A stretch of 56,366 bases of DNA, from the NCBI GenBank assembly GCA_037925805.1, contig JAXSOH010000001.1, positions 27,748-84,113 on the forward strand, read 5' to 3'. The notes beneath the pieces were generated by a model. That model searched no databases, had not been told where the DNA came from, and was given only the letters and a program-made list of their open reading frames with translations. Below, piece by piece: positions 42,920 to 52,030 of the stretch. This stretch comes from Aquificaceae bacterium. GTDB lineage: Bacteria; Aquificota; Aquificia; Aquificales; Aquificaceae. Position numbers and translations under genes: made by a program. Numbering within the stretch: the first letter of the stretch is position 1; every line of letters starts with the position of its first letter.

Positions 42920-44066
42920 TTCTTGCCAACTCCACTGCCTTCTTTGCACCGTCCCACATATCCACTGCGTTTATAAAGTTTAGTCCAGATTCAGCCAGAA
43001 GTCTTCTTCCCTCCTCTACGTTTGTCCCCTCCATACGGACCACAACGGGGACTTTTATTTCTACCATCTTTGCAGCCTCTATGAGACCATTGGCAAGCCT
43101 GTCACATCTAAGGATACCACCAAAGATGTTTATAAAGACCGCCTTTACATTTTGGTCTGCCATGAGTATCCTAAAGGCGTTGGCTATTTGCTCCACATTG
43201 GCACCACCACCCACATCAAGGAAGTTGGCAGGCTCTCCTCCTGCGAGCTTTATTATATCCATGGTAGTCATAGCAAGCCCTGCACCGTTTACCATACACC
43301 CTATGTTTCCATCCAGCTTTATGTAGTTAAGGCTATACCTCTTTGCTTCCACCTCAAGGGGGTCAAGCTGAGTGAGGTCTTCAAGCTCTTCAAGGTCCTT
43401 GTGCCTTATTAGGGCATTGTCGTCAAGCTCCACCTTTGCGTCAAGAAGCACAAGGTTTCCTTCTTTTGTAAGGACAAGTGGGTTTATCTCCACAAGGCTT
43501 GCATCAAGGTCTATATATGCCTTGTAGAGAGCCAAAGCTATCTTTACAAACTCGTTTACAGGAAGTCCAAGCTTAAAGGCTATCCTTCTTGCCTGAGAAG
43601 GCATAAGACCTAAAGCTGGGTCTATATGGAGCATGTATATGGCTTCTGGTTTTTCTTTGGCAACCTCCTCTATTTCCATTCCACCCTCCGCAGAAGCCAT
43701 CAAAACGGGTTTAGAAACCGCCCTATCAAGGGTTATAGAGAGGTAGTATTCCCTTTCTATGTTGGTGGCCTTTTCTATCCATACCCTGCTTACAGGTTTT
43801 CCATCAGGGCACTGGAAGGTCTTAAGCACTTTCCCAAGCATACTCTCCACCGCTTGCTGGAGCTCTTCTGCCTTTTTGACCAGCTTTACACCGCCAGCCT
43901 TTCCACGCCCACCGCAGTGCACCTGAGCCTTTACCACAAGAGGAAAGTCCTCGAGCTCTTCACACGCCTGCAAGGCTTCTTGAAGGCTAAAGGCTACTCT
44001 TCCCTCTGGCACAGGAAGACCGTATCTTTTCAAAAGCTCCTTTGCCTGATGCTCGTGCAGTTTCAT
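42909..44066 (-). CDS. sucC: Succinyl-CoA synthetase beta subunit
   Basis: [40 protein letters not shown]. Confidence 0.95.
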   Translation of the reverse strand: MKLHEHQAKELLKRYGLPVPEGRVAFSLQEALQACEELEDFPLVVKAQVHCGGRGKAGGVKLVKKAEELQQAVESMLGKVLKTFQCPDGKPVSRVWIEKATNIEREYYLSITLDRAVSKPVLMASAEGGMEIEEVAKEKPEAIYMLHIDPALGLMPSQARRIAFKLGLPVNEFVKIALALYKAYIDLDASLVEINPLVLTKEGNLVLLDAKVELDDNALIRHKDLEELEDLTQLDPLEVEAKRYSLNYIKLDGNIGCMVNGAGLAMTTMDIIKLAGGEPANFLDVGGGANVEQIANAFRILMADQNVKAVFINIFGGILRCDRLANGLIEAAKMVEIKVPVVVRMEGTNVEEGRRLLAESGLNFINAVDMWDGAKKAVELARNGL

Positions 44067-44212
44067 GCCTGCCTCCGTAAAGGTTTATGGATAAAAGATT
44101 ATAACAGAGGTCATAGTATTTTGAAGCAGACTACAAGTTATATCTATCTTGGGGAATATAAACATAGAGAATTGAGAATCCCCAAAAGTCTTCATGATAC
44201 AAGTAATATTAT

Positions 44213-45286
44213 CTAAGCTCTTAGATAGCCTGTATTTTTTATAAGCACCCAGCCAAAGGTGAGGTTTTTGGAGCTTATCCTCCTCGTCTTTGGCTTTTCT
44301 TTTCTGCTTTGTGAAACAGAGGCATCATAAACCCTTTCAAAAAGCTCAGGGTCTTCCTTTTTGAAAACCGCCATAATGGTGGTGCTAAGATAGCCTTGGT
44401 GCTTTCCTATGCGTAGCAAAATACCCTCCTCCATCCTTCTTTTTATTTCCTGCAGATGTGTCTTTACCTCTGGCATATTCTTGAAAAATTCCATCTCCAA
44501 GTCCAAAACAAGGCTATAAAAGCTATTAGAAAGCTCCTTGAGCCTGTCCCAGCTGAGGTCCGAATGCTTGTAATTTAACTTTTCAACGCGTATCATTCTA
44601 TCAATCAAAGACCTCTCAATGAGGAGTTTACCCTCCAGCCTTGTCCCCACCTTTATAGCTTCGCAAGCGTAAAGCGATTTATCTGAACCTATCATCTTTG
44701 GCACTTCTACGCATAGGTCTCTTAGCTCAAAAAACAGGTCAGGGAAGGCTATAGCCTTAAAAAGGTCATACTTGGCATCCACATTTCCCACAGGATTGAA
44801 AAAGCTTTCTTCAAAGCCCTTACCCTTTGAGCCAAACTCTTCAAGCTCCCTCTTATTGTTAACCTTCTGTCTTAGCATATGCCTTATCCTATCTCTCAAT
44901 TCCTTATCCGCCAGTAAAAGACCACCCATATAGGCAGTCCTTAGAGCACCCTTTAACTCACTGCCGGGTATATAAGGCATGCCAAGAGACTTTATAAACA
45001 GCTCCACCTCATTAGTCTTTAGAGAACCAACTATCTCAATTCTATAGAGAGGATTTCCCACATCAATCCCTAACTCCCTTAGCCTAGAGAGGCTAAAGTC
45101 TCTGTTTTGCATTAAGATTCTAAGGTTTTGAAGGAAGGCGGGATTTTTCTCTAAAAGGTGAGCTATCAAGTGTTGATAGGGATAAACCTCAAGGAAGTTA
45201 TCTTTTATCGTATACTCCCACTTGGTAATCCTTTCTCCACTTCCTATATGCACTGGGCTTAGAACTTCCAAGCTAAGGTTTAACAT
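44213..45286 (-). CDS. csm5: Type III-A RAMP protein Csm5
   Basis: LSPVHIGSG, PYIPGSELKGALRTA, LRIG..G, PKTR, FGWV; start at 45286. Confidence 0.9.
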   Translation of the reverse strand: MLNLSLEVLSPVHIGSGERITKWEYTIKDNFLEVYPYQHLIAHLLEKNPAFLQNLRILMQNRDFSLSRLRELGIDVGNPLYRIEIVGSLKTNEVELFIKSLGMPYIPGSELKGALRTAYMGGLLLADKELRDRIRHMLRQKVNNKRELEEFGSKGKGFEESFFNPVGNVDAKYDLFKAIAFPDLFFELRDLCVEVPKMIGSDKSLYACEAIKVGTRLEGKLLIERSLIDRMIRVEKLNYKHSDLSWDRLKELSNSFYSLVLDLEMEFFKNMPEVKTHLQEIKRRMEEGILLRIGKHQGYLSTTIMAVFKKEDPELFERVYDASVSQSRKEKPKTRRISSKNLTFGWVLIKNTGYLRA

Positions 45287-46218
45287 GGCTTTCCACCTCT
45301 CAAGTATAGAGGAAAGGCATATCCATAGTGGTATAGGTTGTGAGAAATCTGTTTCAATTTTCCGTAGTAGCCTGAGCTGTCTCTTACCTTCATAACTGCA
45401 CCAGCCTTTATAAGGGGCATGGGCTTTTTCCACAAGAGGTTTCCATGTCTTCCAAAGTAGTTTTCCACCGCAGGTCTTCTCACTTCCACGTCGTAGTAGC
45501 TTTCTTGCAGGTCAACATTTTGTGAGTAGAAAAAGTCCGAGAGGCTATAGAAATATTCCCCTGCCTTTTCCGTACACTGTGAAAGCCACTCTGGAGTTTT
45601 TAAAAGGCTTACACTAAAAAGCCCCATACCAGTAGACTTGTTGCCACCCAAGGGCAAGAGGTTATATATGGCAGGCAGAAGCTTCTCTGGTTTTTCCTCA
45701 AATTCCCAACGGTTTATCTTTACCAAAAGACAAAACTCCCCAGTGGCAAATATGCTTTCAAAGAAAAGTTCTCCTCCCGTGGTGGTGCTTGTGAGCCTAT
45801 TTATGCTGGCATGAGGGACCAAAGCCTTTGCAAAAAAACTCTTCTCTTCTTGGAGAAGTTTCTCGTAGTCTATGGCATTTCCCATAAGAAAGTCCCTAAG
45901 GACCTCCTCAGACACAAAACTCAGAGACTTTAACTTTTTATACTTTCTGTATGCAGAAAATTCCCTATTATCTAAGCTCCTTAGGTCTATCTTTAAGCCA
46001 AGGGACGCAGGCTTTGGAAAGTATAGCCTTCCTCCTTCTCTGAAAAGGAGAGAGGAAAATATAACAGGTGGAGAGCTATTGTAGTCTTCTAAGAACCTCC
46101 TTAGCCTATCTTCTCCATACAAAAGCCTCAGACCCCAGCAAAAAGCTCCAAAGAAAGTATGACTGCTTGGTAAGGACTTAAGAAAGCCAAAAGGTTTAAA
46201 AAGAAGCGTTAAGAGCAT
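45280..46218 (-). CDS. csm4: Type III-A RAMP protein Csm4
   Basis: PSSHTFFGA, INRLT, LGGNKSTGMG, HYGYAFP; operon position. Confidence 0.88.
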   Translation of the reverse strand: MLLTLLFKPFGFLKSLPSSHTFFGAFCWGLRLLYGEDRLRRFLEDYNSSPPVIFSSLLFREGGRLYFPKPASLGLKIDLRSLDNREFSAYRKYKKLKSLSFVSEEVLRDFLMGNAIDYEKLLQEEKSFFAKALVPHASINRLTSTTTGGELFFESIFATGEFCLLVKINRWEFEEKPEKLLPAIYNLLPLGGNKSTGMGLFSVSLLKTPEWLSQCTEKAGEYFYSLSDFFYSQNVDLQESYYDVEVRRPAVENYFGRHGNLLWKKPMPLIKAGAVMKVRDSSGYYGKLKQISHNLYHYGYAFPLYLRGGKPC

Positions 46219-47027
46219 AGCTTAAGAAGATCTTCAGCACTTATTTCCTCAAGTTTTTTGCCTTCTATCCTCTTAGGCTCAGCCTTGCCAAGGTAAGCGG
46301 ATTCGGACTTGAACTCCACATTTAGTTTTTCAAACTTCACCCTTCCAGAACCCCTTGAACCATAACCACCAAGATAGTTATCCTCCAACATCCCCATGCC
46401 CCGTAAAAGCAAAGAGAGAAGTTTCTTGTCCTCTTCTTTGTATAAGTTAAAGACTATCCTACCCACAAAGACCGCACCCGCAGGCACTCTTTCCACCTTT
46501 CTGGGATTAGCCCTTGAGTTTATCCTGTTTATCTGGTTTTCTGTCTTTATCTCCGTATATATACTCTCACCCAGCTCCTTTTGTATCCTGTCAAGGGTAT
46601 TCTCCGTTGGGTATGCATCACAGAAGATGAGCCTTGGTGGTCCTGGTTGCTCTTGGAGAGGAAGACTTTCAAGGGTTTTGGCATTTCCAGTGCCAAAGAG
46701 TATGCATATACTACATTTTCCACAGTCGCAGGGAGAACCTGCAAGTTTTATATCTGTCCCTGCCTTCTTTATCATCTTCTCCACACTTCCAGTAGACCAC
46801 TCAAGGAGACTTCTTATCTTGCCCTTGAGAGAAGAGCCCGGTATGTAGGGAACACCCTTTGGGAGCTCTCTGCCAGAGGGATAAAAGGCTGGTATGCTTA
46901 TGTAGGTTTTTATCACAGGATTGTCAAGACCGCCTATGTCAAAGTTTTCCTTTGAACCCCCTATGCGAATACCAGTAAGAGCCTTCAGCTCATACTCAAA
47001 GACAAAAGAACCCAGAAACCTAAACAT
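46209..47027 (-). CDS. csm3: Type III-A backbone RNase Csm3
   Basis: TGIRIGG, IGGLDNPVIK (catalytic Asp), YIPGSSLKGKIRSLLE, ERVPAG, LGGYGSRGSG. Confidence 0.95.
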   Translation of the reverse strand: MFRFLGSFVFEYELKALTGIRIGGSKENFDIGGLDNPVIKTYISIPAFYPSGRELPKGVPYIPGSSLKGKIRSLLEWSTGSVEKMIKKAGTDIKLAGSPCDCGKCSICILFGTGNAKTLESLPLQEQPGPPRLIFCDAYPTENTLDRIQKELGESIYTEIKTENQINRINSRANPRKVERVPAGAVFVGRIVFNLYKEEDKKLLSLLLRGMGMLEDNYLGGYGSRGSGRVKFEKLNVEFKSESAYLGKAEPKRIEGKKLEEISAEDLLKLCS

Positions 47028-47039
47028 GGCTTAACCTCC

Positions 47040-47474
47040 CTATGATTCCTTTTTGGAATAGGCTACCATTGCCATAAAGAAGTCCGAAGCCTTGCGTAGG
47101 CTTTCTTCGGTAAAGTTCTTCTCAATGCTGTCAAGAACACTACGCACGAGGTTTCCAAAATCCTTCTTTATTACTCCCCTATTCTCCTGATACTGGGTTA
47201 TGGCATATAGTCTGTAGAGGTAATACTTTAGCTCTTCTTTTTTCTTGCCTTCCTGTAGTCTGTCGTAGATGTTTCTTATCTCTGAATAGAACCTCCTAAG
47301 CTGAACCCCTTTGAGCCCTAAGTTTTCCACTATCCTACTGGCATAGCCCTCTGGATGAAATATGTCTCTGTCATCCAATTTGGAAAGGTCTCCACCCAGG
47401 CCCTTTAATTTGTTTAGGAATTCAGACACATAACTATTAGACCCTTGACCTCCTCTATGCATGCTCTGGCTCAT
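47040..47474 (-). CDS. csm2: Type III-A small subunit Csm2
   Basis: QLRRFY, Y..NR, FF.AMVAY; lies between cas10 and csm3. Confidence 0.9.
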   Translation of the reverse strand: MSQSMHRGGQGSNSYVSEFLNKLKGLGGDLSKLDDRDIFHPEGYASRIVENLGLKGVQLRRFYSEIRNIYDRLQEGKKKEELKYYLYRLYAITQYQENRGVIKKDFGNLVRSVLDSIEKNFTEESLRKASDFFMAMVAYSKKES

Positions 47475-47503
47475 GTATGAACCTCCATATAATTTTTATA
47501 ACC

Positions 47504-49774
47504 CTACTCCCTATCATTTTCTGACACACCCCTTGTTTTCATTATCACATATTTTGCCATAAAAAGTGCATTCCTCTTAACGGTATAGTCCTTATCTGTC
47601 TCTATAAGGGTTTTCACAAACTTTTCACGCTCTCCCCCTTTCACGTTTCTGTGAATCTGGTAATAGAAAAGTGGATAAAACTTCCACCATTTCTCCTTAC
47701 GGTTTTCTCTGAAGTATTTCATCAACATGTATATGCGATAAAAGGTTGACCTGCCTATGTATCCCTCTTTGATAAACTGCTCCAGTTTCTTTGAATTGTT
47801 AATGCCATCCTTTAGCTCCTCTTGGGTAAGGATTTCGTTAAGTATAGAAAAGTGAGGAAGATCCTCGGATTTCTCGCCTTCGGAAATTATTCTTGTTTTT
47901 TCCCTTTTTACACTTTTTTCCTCTACCTCCGCAAACTCTCCTGCAAAACGCACTGGCACTTCTGGTCTATCTATATGAAAGCCCACGGAGAAGTTCATAA
48001 TAGGGTTACAGGCGGTATATTCGTCAAAATCCTCCTTTAGCTCCAAAATCTTTTCCACAAGCTGGTCCCAAGGTCCTATCAAGAAAAAGTCATCTCCACC
48101 CGCATACAGGGTATATATGTCAGAGCCCTTGAGGAACTCGTTGAGATATCCAGAAAAGAAAAGGTCAAGACTTCTGCTCAAAGTGGCAAGCCTTGAGAGA
48201 GAATACTCCTTTATAGACTGGAATATAAGACCCAAAAAGTCCACATCACCCCTTGCAAAGGCTATCTTTTTGTCCCCTTTTGCCTTCTCAGAAAGGTTTT
48301 CAAAATCCAAGGTAGAGCCTTCTTCATTCTTTGGAACATAGTTGGCAAAAAAGAGAAAGCCATCCGCTCCCTTCTCAAGAAAGTCTGTATGGTTTATGAG
48401 ATAGACCTCCTCAAGGTCTTCCTCTGGCTCTTCTAACAGATAAACACCCCCTATGCCCTCAAGGTAAAAACCCCACCTATTTAACCACATATGCGTATCA
48501 AAGGCTATATACTTAGCCTTAGTGAGAGCGTTGCCAAGCTCAAGAAAGACTTCACACCATTTACAGACTTCCTTTCCTTCTTCTACCATTCCCCACATGC
48601 AAGAGGGACACATACCATCCCCCTTCCCATAAGCAAGCTCTTCAAAAACTTCCATAGTTAGGCTAAACTTTCTCTTCTTTTGCAGGCTTATCCTTTCGTG
48701 TAGCCTTTTCATGGTTTCCCTAAAACCCTCACCACTAAGACCCTCCTCCCTCGTATCAACCCAAGAAAGCACAAAGCCCAGCTTACCACCAAACTCCCTT
48801 ATAAAAGCCTCTTCTACCCTCTTGGCAAAACTCCTTAGCTTGTCTTCTATGCCCTCCTCGTAGCCAAAAAGTGCCAAAAACTTCCCTCCACCTGCGTATA
48901 TAAGATTACATAGAGGATATTCCAATTCTTTTAGCAATGCCCTTGCCACAAGATGAGGAAGCACCGAAAGGAAAAAGCTCCTACCCCTTAACCTCTTTGC
49001 CACACCCTTTATATTGGTAAGAGAAAAGAGAAACTCTTGAATTCCACTTATATCACCATCCACTAACAAAAACCTTTCCTTATTTGTGGAAAGTGCACAG
49101 GCTATGGCAGAGACCATCCTTGAGTGGTCAAAAAGGGATATGTCTGGATAGTGTCTTGTGCCTCTTTCCCTGTCATAGGTAGACGCAGGGACGCACCAAC
49201 AGTATTTGTAAAAGAGATGATAAACCTTTAGAAAAGCCTTGTGAAGGTCGGAAAAGTCTACCTTCTTTAACTCGGACTCAAATGCTTTGAGAATGTCCGC
49301 ATATTTATCTACAGGAGTGCCTTCCTTTGGAAATAGCACATCTTTAGTTAGCTCAAGCTTATTGAGTTCTATGTAGTATTCTTTGTCTAACTGTGAGTTA
49401 AAAAAGTTAACCTCAAGACCCAAAAAGATAGGTTTTAGCCTTTTTATGGCTTTATCGGAGATGTCTTCTTGTTCTTGACTTCTTTCTTTGCTTGAGTTTA
49501 TGTCCGCAACTTGGTATAGCTTTTGCTCTTGGTTCTTGGGCTTGTGATGAAAGGCAGAGTCAAGCACCTTTTGGTAATCGTCTGGGCTTAACTTGTTTTT
49601 TAATGCCCTCTCTATAAACTTATAAGACAGCTCCGCATGAGCGTAGCCAAAACCTTCCTTACCTTCTGCCTTTTCCCCCGCTCTGTCTAACAGCTTACCA
49701 ACATCATGAAAAAGACCCCCAAGTGCCAACAAAACCCTATACCTGTATTTATCCATAGCTCCCCTCACTAACAT
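47504..49774 (-). CDS. cas10: Cas10/Csm1 with HD nuclease and GGDD cyclase palm (start may be MDKY at 49756)
   Basis: LFHDVGK, DISLFDH, GDISGIQ, LRGRSF, CxxC..CxxC Zn finger, YAGGDDF. Confidence 0.96.
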   Translation of the reverse strand: MLVRGAMDKYRYRVLLALGGLFHDVGKLLDRAGEKAEGKEGFGYAHAELSYKFIERALKNKLSPDDYQKVLDSAFHHKPKNQEQKLYQVADINSSKERSQEQEDISDKAIKRLKPIFLGLEVNFFNSQLDKEYYIELNKLELTKDVLFPKEGTPVDKYADILKAFESELKKVDFSDLHKAFLKVYHLFYKYCWCVPASTYDRERGTRHYPDISLFDHSRMVSAIACALSTNKERFLLVDGDISGIQEFLFSLTNIKGVAKRLRGRSFFLSVLPHLVARALLKELEYPLCNLIYAGGGKFLALFGYEEGIEDKLRSFAKRVEEAFIREFGGKLGFVLSWVDTREEGLSGEGFRETMKRLHERISLQKKRKFSLTMEVFEELAYGKGDGMCPSCMWGMVEEGKEVCKWCEVFLELGNALTKAKYIAFDTHMWLNRWGFYLEGIGGVYLLEEPEEDLEEVYLINHTDFLEKGADGFLFFANYVPKNEEGSTLDFENLSEKAKGDKKIAFARGDVDFLGLIFQSIKEYSLSRLATLSRSLDLFFSGYLNEFLKGSDIYTLYAGGDDFFLIGPWDQLVEKILELKEDFDEYTACNPIMNFSVGFHIDRPEVPVRFAGEFAEVEEKSVKREKTRIISEGEKSEDLPHFSILNEILTQEELKDGINNSKKLEQFIKEGYIGRSTFYRIYMLMKYFRENRKEKWWKFYPLFYYQIHRNVKGGEREKFVKTLIETDKDYTVKRNALFMAKYVIMKTRGVSENDRE

Positions 49775-49848
49775 TGTAATATAAAACTTCCCTTTTTTGG
49801 GTTTTCTGACATCTGGTAAAATACCCCTCGTGCATTATAATTAAACCC

Positions 49849-50271
49849 ATGAGGTCTTTGGCTTTTATCCTTCTATTGAGTTTCTTGCTTTCTTATCCTT
49901 TAGCTAAAGAAATTCCCTTCACTCTTGAAGATAGGGATAGGATTATAAGGCTTGAGGAAAACCAGAGAGAGGGTTTTAAAGCTCTAATACAAAGGATAGA
50001 TGATACAAACAAAAGGATAGATGATATAAACAAAAGGATAGATGACACGAACAAGAGGATAGATGACATGATAAGTATTATGCTCTGGGGTTTTGGTGTT
50101 TTGTTTGCTGGTATGATGAGCCTTATAGGTTTTGTGATATGGGATAGGAGAAGTGCACTTGCTCCAGCTATTAGGAAGACAAAGGAGCTTGAAGAAAGAG
50201 AGGAAAAGATTGAAAAGGCTCTCAAGAAACTCGCAGAAAAAAACCCAGAAGTAAAAGAAGCCCTAAAATAA
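49849..50271 (+). CDS. Hypothetical exported/membrane coiled-coil protein with RIDD(T/I)NK heptad repeats
   Basis: Signal peptide, heptad repeats, one internal TM, charged helical tail; TATAAT 7 nt before the ATG. Confidence 0.75.
   Translation: MRSLAFILLLSFLLSYPLAKEIPFTLEDRDRIIRLEENQREGFKALIQRIDDTNKRIDDINKRIDDTNKRIDDMISIMLWGFGVLFAGMMSLIGFVIWDRRSALAPAIRKTKELEEREEKIEKALKKLAEKNPEVKEALK
49993..50067 (+). repeat. 21-bp coding tandem repeat, about 3.5 copies
   Basis: AGGATAGATGA(T/C)A(C/T)(A/G)AACAA(A/G) units at 49993, 50014 and 50035, plus a partial unit at 50056. Confidence 0.9.
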
Positions 50272-50375
50272 GCTGGTATCCTTTAGAGCTATCTAAGTTA
50301 TAGAAACCTGGTCTATGCCTCGTTTAAAGCTCTTTATAACTTGCAACCCGGACTATTCTATCCAATTGAAACTAA

Positions 50376-50932
50376 GTCTCCATCCCTCACGGTGGGCTTA
50401 AAACAAGGACACTTTGTTGGCAAGGTTTTGGTGCCAACTATGTCTCCATCCCTCACGGTGGGCTTAAAACTGATATTACTACTTCCCATTATTCCTGTGT
50501 TCTTATTGTCTCCATCCCTCACGGTGGGCTTAAAACAATTGGCAAAAGCATACGAAGATGGCGAGCTTACGGGTCTCCATCCCTCACAGTGGGCTTAAAA
50601 CAGCATTCTCACAAACTGCTCGTATTGCTCATTTGCTGTCTCCATCCCTCACAGTGGGCTTAAAACTAAGTTCATAGTAAGTGGGGACCCAGCTTTGGTT
50701 CTGTCTCCATCCCTCACAGTGGGCTTAAAACACGAGGTAAGGACTAACTAAAGGCAAGGGGCTCGGGGTCTCCATCCCTCACAGTGGGCTTAAAACAATG
50801 CATGGAATGTGTGTGGGGTGTGGGTGATAGATAAGTCTCCATCCCTCACAGTGGGCTTAAAACTCCACGTATACGGGGGGCTGATCGAAGCAAGATTCAA
50901 AATGTCTCCATCCCTCACAGTGGGCTTAAAAC
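50376..50932 (-). CRISPR. CRISPR array: 9 repeats of 29 bp and 8 spacers of 36-40 bp; crRNA-sense repeat GTTTTAAGCCCAC(T/C)GTGAGGGATGGAGAC
   Basis: Plus-strand GTCTCCATCCCTCAC(G/A)GTGGGCTTAAAAC at 50376, 50442, 50508, 50573, 50638, 50703, 50768, 50835 and 50904. Minus orientation is supported by the ATGGAGAC 3' handle and by the promoter on the right. Confidence 0.98.
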
Positions 50933-50952
50933 CCCAAAGCCACATATAAAGA

Positions 50953-50981
50953 AAAATAAGATACAGCAAGCCTTTTGTCAA
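50953..50981 (-). promoter_or_regulatory. CRISPR leader promoter (within the leader, about 50933-51300)
   Basis: Minus strand: TTGACA (50981-76), 17 nt, TATTTT (50958-53), pointing into the array. Confidence 0.7.
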
Positions 50982-51093
50982 GGGGATACCACTCTCAAAT
51001 GAGGGTAATTTTTCTCCAATCTCTGATAATGCACAATTTAGTATGCAATTGCCAAATTTAAAGCGTTGAAAGACAAGACTCTAAAGCACTTGC

Positions 51094-51133
51094 CATCAAA
51101 GCATCAAAACATCAAAACATAAAGACACCAAAA
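51094..51133. repeat. Imperfect 8-bp tandem repeat x5 in the CRISPR leader / cas6 intergenic region
   Basis: CATCAAAG CATCAAAA CATCAAAA CATAAAGA CACCAAAA. Confidence 0.7.
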
Positions 51134-51304
51134 TATAACCCGTGAAGGGCGGGGAAACCACCATATCTTTCTTAGTCAATACTACCCCCTTGCTTTCAAA
51201 GAGCAAAAACCCTATTCAACTGCCAAGATGTCAAGGGAGGCAAAGCTCCCTAACCTACCTTTTGAAGATTATAACAAACTTTGGTGTAAAATGCTAATGC
51301 AACC

Positions 51305-52030
51305 ATGCCTATTAAACTGGCTCTTAGCTTTAAGGCTGAGGCAAACTTGGAGGTTTCTAATGACCTTATGCATGCCTTTGTCTTTTCCTTGTTTCCACAA
51401 GAGGTAGCAGAAAAGGTTCACAAGAGAGAGGAAAAGCCTTTTAGCCTTAGAGGTTGGAACTTTACAGAGAGGGGTTTATTGCTTAGGATTTCTCTTTTGG
51501 AAGACCAGCTTTTTCCAGCGTTGGTTAGTCATTTTTACCTTTCTAAAAATGGCTTTAGGCTAAAGGATGTGGAGCTACAGCCTGTTGTGCCAAGTGGTCT
51601 AAGAGAAGAGGAGTCCATATCTTACCAAGAACTCTTGGAGCTTGAAGCCTGCGAGCACTACTCGGTGGACTTTATAAAACCTACCACCTTTAGAAGAGGT
51701 CGTTGGGACTATCCCCTTCCAGACCCACCCGCATTGTTTAGCAGTCTCTACAAAAAATGGAAGAGCCATCACCCTTTTCCTTTGGAAGAGGACAAGCTCC
51801 TACATCAGGTCTATTCCAAAGTTTACATCTTAGCACACAAAATAAGGGTTGAGACGGTGGAGCTTTCCTTTGGAAAACTTAGAGGTTTTGTGGGAAATGT
51901 GGTCTTTGGTGTCAATGACAAGGAGCTCTCAAGGTTAGTTCATGCCTTGCTTAAGTTTGGCGAGTTTTCTGGAGTTGGAAGAAAAAGTGCCATGGGTATG
52001 GGAGTTATGGTCTTGCGTAAAGAAACCTAA
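51305..52030 (+). CDS. cas6: CRISPR precursor processing endoribonuclease Cas6
   Basis: H...KPFS, PTTF, PLPDP, GFVG, C-terminal G-rich loop GVGRKSAMGMG. Confidence 0.93.
   Translation: MPIKLALSFKAEANLEVSNDLMHAFVFSLFPQEVAEKVHKREEKPFSLRGWNFTERGLLLRISLLEDQLFPALVSHFYLSKNGFRLKDVELQPVVPSGLREEESISYQELLELEACEHYSVDFIKPTTFRRGRWDYPLPDPPALFSSLYKKWKSHHPFPLEEDKLLHQVYSKVYILAHKIRVETVELSFGKLRGFVGNVVFGVNDKELSRLVHALLKFGEFSGVGRKSAMGMGVMVLRKET

Noticed and set aside
40304-44066. Citryl-CoA synthetase (ccsAB) as an alternative identity for sucC/sucD
   Set aside because: Lengths (385/293 aa) and motifs ([23 protein letters not shown]) fit canonical succinyl-CoA synthetase better.
44067-44212. Short minus-strand ORF (about 36 codons) between csm5 and sucC as a csm6 remnant
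   Set aside because: No recognisable CARF or HEPN motif; the region more likely holds the sucC promoter.
549-48341. Numerous 60-200 aa antisense or alternate-frame ORFs inside housekeeping and cas genes
   Set aside because: They fully overlap well-supported genes and have no recognisable motifs.
50311-50375. Possible degenerate terminal repeat (GTCTATGCCTC...TTATAAC) and an ATTGAAAC motif left of the array
   Set aside because: The spacing fits, but only the ends match the repeat; too divergent to count.
50341-50981. ORFs 50341-50598 (+) and 50790-50981 (-) with repeated peptides
   Set aside because: They are translations of CRISPR repeats and spacers, not genes.
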